Shown: positions 60,748 through 64,000 of the stretch, piece by piece | Numbering within the stretch: the stretch's first letter is position 1 | How the letters are laid out: every line of letters starts with the position of its first letter | Origin: Centroscyllium fabricii | Lineage: Eukaryota | Assembly: GCA_051313645.2 (NCBI GenBank) | Contig: JBNRSN020000058.1 | Span: forward strand, 806,001-870,000 | Direction of reading: 5' to 3' | DNA length: 64,000 bases | Program-made: the position numbers and the translations under genes | Notes under the pieces: model-generated | What the model saw: only the letters and a program-made list of their open reading frames with translations | What the model was told of the DNA's origin: nothing | Database searches by the model: none

Positions 60748-61045
60748 ATCACGGGCACCGCCAACCCGACCACCGCGGCCCGCTGCGTGCGAATCACGGG
60801 CACTGCCAACCCGATCACCGCGGTCCGCTGCGTGCGAATCACGGGTGCCGCCAGCGCGCTCACAGCGGCCCACCATGTGCGACCCCCCGGCGACGCCATT
60901 TTGTATCCAGGGCCCCTCCATGTGCGAGCCAGGGGCGCCGCCATTTTGTATCCAGAGCCCCGCCATGTGCGGGCCAGGGGCGCCGCCATCTTGTATCCAG
61001 GGCCCCACCAGTGTGAGCCAGGGGCGCCGCCATCTTGTGTACAGC
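60730..61045 (+). repeat. 45-bp (15-codon) tandem repeats between Gag and protease, 7 units of two types
   Basis: gaatcacggg at 60746, 60791, 60836. gccatyttgt at 60895, 60940, 60985, 61029. The last spacing is 44 bp, i.e. a 1-bp deletion. Confidence 0.9.
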
Positions 61046-63249
61046 CCCGACCAGCAAGGGCTCCACGCACACGGAAACGCACGGCTGCGGCAGCCAGAAT
61101 CAGAGTGAACCAGGACAGGCCACATACCCTGTCTAACTCTATAATGCCAATTAAGATTAACGACTATACTGTTAACTGCCTTTTTGACACAGGAAGCACT
61201 GAGAGTTTCGTACACCCCGATACAGTGCAGCGCTGTGGACTGCAGGTCCGGCCCACTAACTACCAAGTCTCCCTAGCTTCACAGTCCCACACCGCGGACG
61301 TCACCGGCTACTGCTCCGTCACGCTCACCGTCAAGGGGCGCGTGTACCATAATTTTAAATTGTATACCCTCCAGCAGTTGTGTGCCCCAGCCTTACTAGG
61401 TTTGGATTTCCAGTGCCACCTCAAGAGCGTGACAATGGAGTTCGGCGGGACCTTGCCCCCCCTCACCGTCAGTAGCCGGGACAATCTCTTCCCAAAGCGG
61501 AGCCCGGCCTGCGGCCTCTCCACCCTGAAAATCGACACCCCCTCGCTGTTCGCCAACCTCGATCCGAAGTGCAAACCCATTGCTACAAAGAGTCGGCGGT
61601 ACAGTGAGGGGGATCGCACGTTTATCAGGTCGGAGGTCGGGCGGATGCTGAAGGAGGGGATAATTGAAGCCAGCACCAGCCCCTGGCGTGCCCAAGTTGT
61701 AGTGGTGAAGTCTGGCGAGAAACAGCGGCTGGTTATCGATTACAGCCAGACTATCAACCGCTACACCGGGCTCGATGCCTACCCCCTTCCCCGCATCTCA
61801 GACATGGTCAACCAGATCGCCCAGTACAAGGTGTTCTCCACGATCGACCTTAAATCGGCGTATCATCAGCTCCCGATTCGGAAAGCCGACCGCCCCTACA
61901 CCGCCTTCGAGGCGAACGGTCGGCTCTACCACTTCCTCCGGGTCCCCTTTGGTGTGACCAACGGAGTGTCAGTGTTCCAACGGGAGATGGACCGTATGGT
62001 TGACCAAAATGACTTGCAGGCCACTTTCCCTTACCTGGACAACGTGACCATCTGCGGCCACGACCAGCAGGACCACGATGCCAATCTGGCCAAATTCCTC
62101 GACACGGCGGACAAGCTGGACCTTACGTATAACAAGGACAAATGTGTCTTTAATACAGACCGGCTCGCCATCCTCGGATACGTGGTGGAGAACGGGGTCC
62201 TCGGCCCCGACCCACAGCGTATGCGACCCCTGCAAGAACTGCCCCTACCTCACAACCCCAAAGCCTTGAGGAGATGCCTAGGATTTTTCTCCTCTTATGC
62301 ACAATGGGTCCCACAGTTCGCAGATAAGGCTAGTAGACCACTCCTCAAGGCTGCCGTCTTCCCCCTTTCTGTAGAAGCCCAAACGGCATTTGCAAGGATA
62401 AAGGAAGATATTATCAAGGCGACCATGCTCGCTGTTGATGAATCCATCCCTTTCCAGGTGGAGAGTGACGCTTCGGACTTTGCCCTTGCTGCCACCCTGA
62501 ATCAGGCAGGCAGGCCCGTGGCGTTTTTCTCCCGCACCTTACAGGGACCCGAAACTCGCCACTCCACAGTGGAAAAGGAGGCCCAGGCCATCGTGGAGGC
62601 CGTGCGCTACTGGCGTCATTACCTGGCCGGTAAGCGTTTTACCTTGCTCACCGACCAACGGTCAGTGGCGTTTATGTTTAATAATAAACAACGGGGTAAA
62701 ATCAAGAATGATAAGATCCTGCGGTGGCGGATCGAACTCTCGACTTACGAGTACGACATTCTTTACCGCCCAGGTAAACTCAATGAACCCCCGGACGCAC
62801 TGTCCAGGGGAACGTGCGCCAGTGCCCAGCTAGACCGGCTGAAGGACCTCCACGACCGCCTTTGCCACCCGGGTGTCACCAGACTCGCCCACTTCGTCAA
62901 GTCCCGTAGCCTCCCCTACTCCATCACGGAGATCAAGGCTATGACCCGAGAGTGCCCTGTCTGCGCCGAGTGCAAACCCCACTTTTTCCGGCCAGACACG
63001 GCGCACCTCATTAAGGCCACCCGCCCCTTTGAACGTCTCAGCGTAGACTTCAAAGGCCCCCTCCCGTCCACCGACCGCAACTCATACTTCCTCACGGTAG
63101 TGGATGAGTTCTCCCGCTTCCCCTTCGCCTTCCCCTGCCCAGACATGACGAGCGCAACGGTGATCAAACACTTCACCACGCTGTTCGCCATCTTCGGTCT
63201 CCCCAGCTACATCCATAGCGACCGGGGGGTCATCGTTCATGAGCGATGA
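60787..63249 (+). CDS. Gypsy Pol (protease, RT, RNase H, integrase N-terminal part)
   Basis: LFDTGS protease, IDLKSAYHQ/VPFG/YLDN RT, ESDASD RNase H, H..LCHPG...CPVC zinc finger, DFKGP...HSDRG. The true start is uncertain. Confidence 0.9.
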   Translation: MRITGTANPITAVRCVRITGAASALTAAHHVRPPGDAILYPGPLHVRARGAAILYPEPRHVRARGAAILYPGPHQCEPGAPPSCVQPRPARAPRTRKRTAAAARIRVNQDRPHTLSNSIMPIKINDYTVNCLFDTGSTESFVHPDTVQRCGLQVRPTNYQVSLASQSHTADVTGYCSVTLTVKGRVYHNFKLYTLQQLCAPALLGLDFQCHLKSVTMEFGGTLPPLTVSSRDNLFPKRSPACGLSTLKIDTPSLFANLDPKCKPIATKSRRYSEGDRTFIRSEVGRMLKEGIIEASTSPWRAQVVVVKSGEKQRLVIDYSQTINRYTGLDAYPLPRISDMVNQIAQYKVFSTIDLKSAYHQLPIRKADRPYTAFEANGRLYHFLRVPFGVTNGVSVFQREMDRMVDQNDLQATFPYLDNVTICGHDQQDHDANLAKFLDTADKLDLTYNKDKCVFNTDRLAILGYVVENGVLGPDPQRMRPLQELPLPHNPKALRRCLGFFSSYAQWVPQFADKASRPLLKAAVFPLSVEAQTAFARIKEDIIKATMLAVDESIPFQVESDASDFALAATLNQAGRPVAFFSRTLQGPETRHSTVEKEAQAIVEAVRYWRHYLAGKRFTLLTDQRSVAFMFNNKQRGKIKNDKILRWRIELSTYEYDILYRPGKLNEPPDALSRGTCASAQLDRLKDLHDRLCHPGVTRLAHFVKSRSLPYSITEIKAMTRECPVCAECKPHFFRPDTAHLIKATRPFERLSVDFKGPLPSTDRNSYFLTVVDEFSRFPFAFPCPDMTSATVIKHFTTLFAIFGLPSYIHSDRGVIVHER

Positions 63250-63940
63250 ACTGCGCCAGTTTCTGCTCCAGAGAGGGGTTGCCACGAGCAGAACGACCAG
63301 TTATAACCCCCGGGGGAACGGCCAGGTAGAAAGGGAGAATGGGATCATTTGGAAGGCGGTCACCCTGGCTCTCAAGTCCAGGGGCCTTCCAGTGTCCCAT
63401 TGGCAGGCAGTCCTCCCAGACGCGCTGCACTCTATACGCTCTCTATTATGTACTGCTACTAACGCCACCCCGCACGATCTGATTTTCTCTTTCAACAGGA
63501 GGTCGACTTCGGGGACAGCTCTTCCTCCATGGCTGACGACTCCGGGGCCGGTTTTGCTTAGAAGGCATGTCCGGAGCCACAAGACAGACCCCCTGGTGGA
63601 CAAGGTACAGCTCCTACACGTGAACCCCCACTATGCATTCGTGCAGTTCCCGGACGGGCGTGAGGACACCGTGTCCATCAGGGACCTGGCTCCCGCAGGA
63701 AGCACCACCGCAGAGCCCCCGGCCGGCCAGCAGGCCGTTCAACCACCAGACACACGATGGCCCCTGCAGTGGCCTGCACTGAACTACGACCCGGACGGCG
63801 GGGACCAGCCAAGTCCATCGCCACCTGAAGCCACAGCACCGGCAGATGCGGGCGATTCGAACCAGGAGGCACCACCACCAACACCGGAACGGCGGCGGTC
63901 CTCCAGGCAGACACGACCGCCGGACAGACTTATCATGAAC
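63239..63940 (+). pseudogene. Integrase C-terminal part in the +1 frame
   Basis: MSDELRQFLLQRGVATSRTTSYNPRGNGQVERENG...DGREDTVSIRDLAP continues after a G6 run at 63224-63229. Confidence 0.8.
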
Positions 63941-64000
63941 TGTTCGACCCATTCACCCCCCCAGGACTTAAAATTTTCAAGAAGGGGTGAATGTGGTAAC

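Larger units (their letters stand above)
59518..64000 (+). mobile_element. Near full-length Ty3/Gypsy LTR retrotransposon
   Basis: 5' LTR, gag, PR-RT-RH-IN order, PPT aagaaggggtgaa, and a 3' LTR starting tgtggtaac at 63992, identical to 59518. Confidence 0.95.

Overview
Vertebrate genomic DNA, most likely from a shark or other cartilaginous fish (HE1/V-type SINEs, Deu-type SINEs and CR1 LINEs dominate). The window appears to lie inside the NFIA gene on the minus strand. One 63-nt internal coding exon (9092-9154, DSGQSESPSQESEDIKDQPENG) is recognisable and the rest is intron. The intron is packed with mobile DNA: a near-complete Ty3/Gypsy element (59518 to window end), a related 5'-truncated copy in a CR1>Gypsy>Rex1 nest, CR1 and Rex1/Babar LINE fragments, Penelope-like insertions, decayed PIF/Harbinger genes with many Harbinger-type MITEs, pogo/Tigger-like MITEs and a hAT end. 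The most notable signals are: (1) three intact minimal hammerhead ribozyme motifs in short Penelope-like insertions bounded by 13-14 bp TSDs, one of them sense to the NFIA pre-mRNA; (2) a Gypsy lineage with no tRNA primer-binding site but an LTR-complementary segment (candidate self-priming) and a YLDN reverse-transcriptase active site in both copies; (3) a perfect NFI palindrome carried into NFIA by a MITE; (4) NRF1/YY1 motif modules shared across transposon superfamilies. All family names come from motif recognition by eye. No database search was run.
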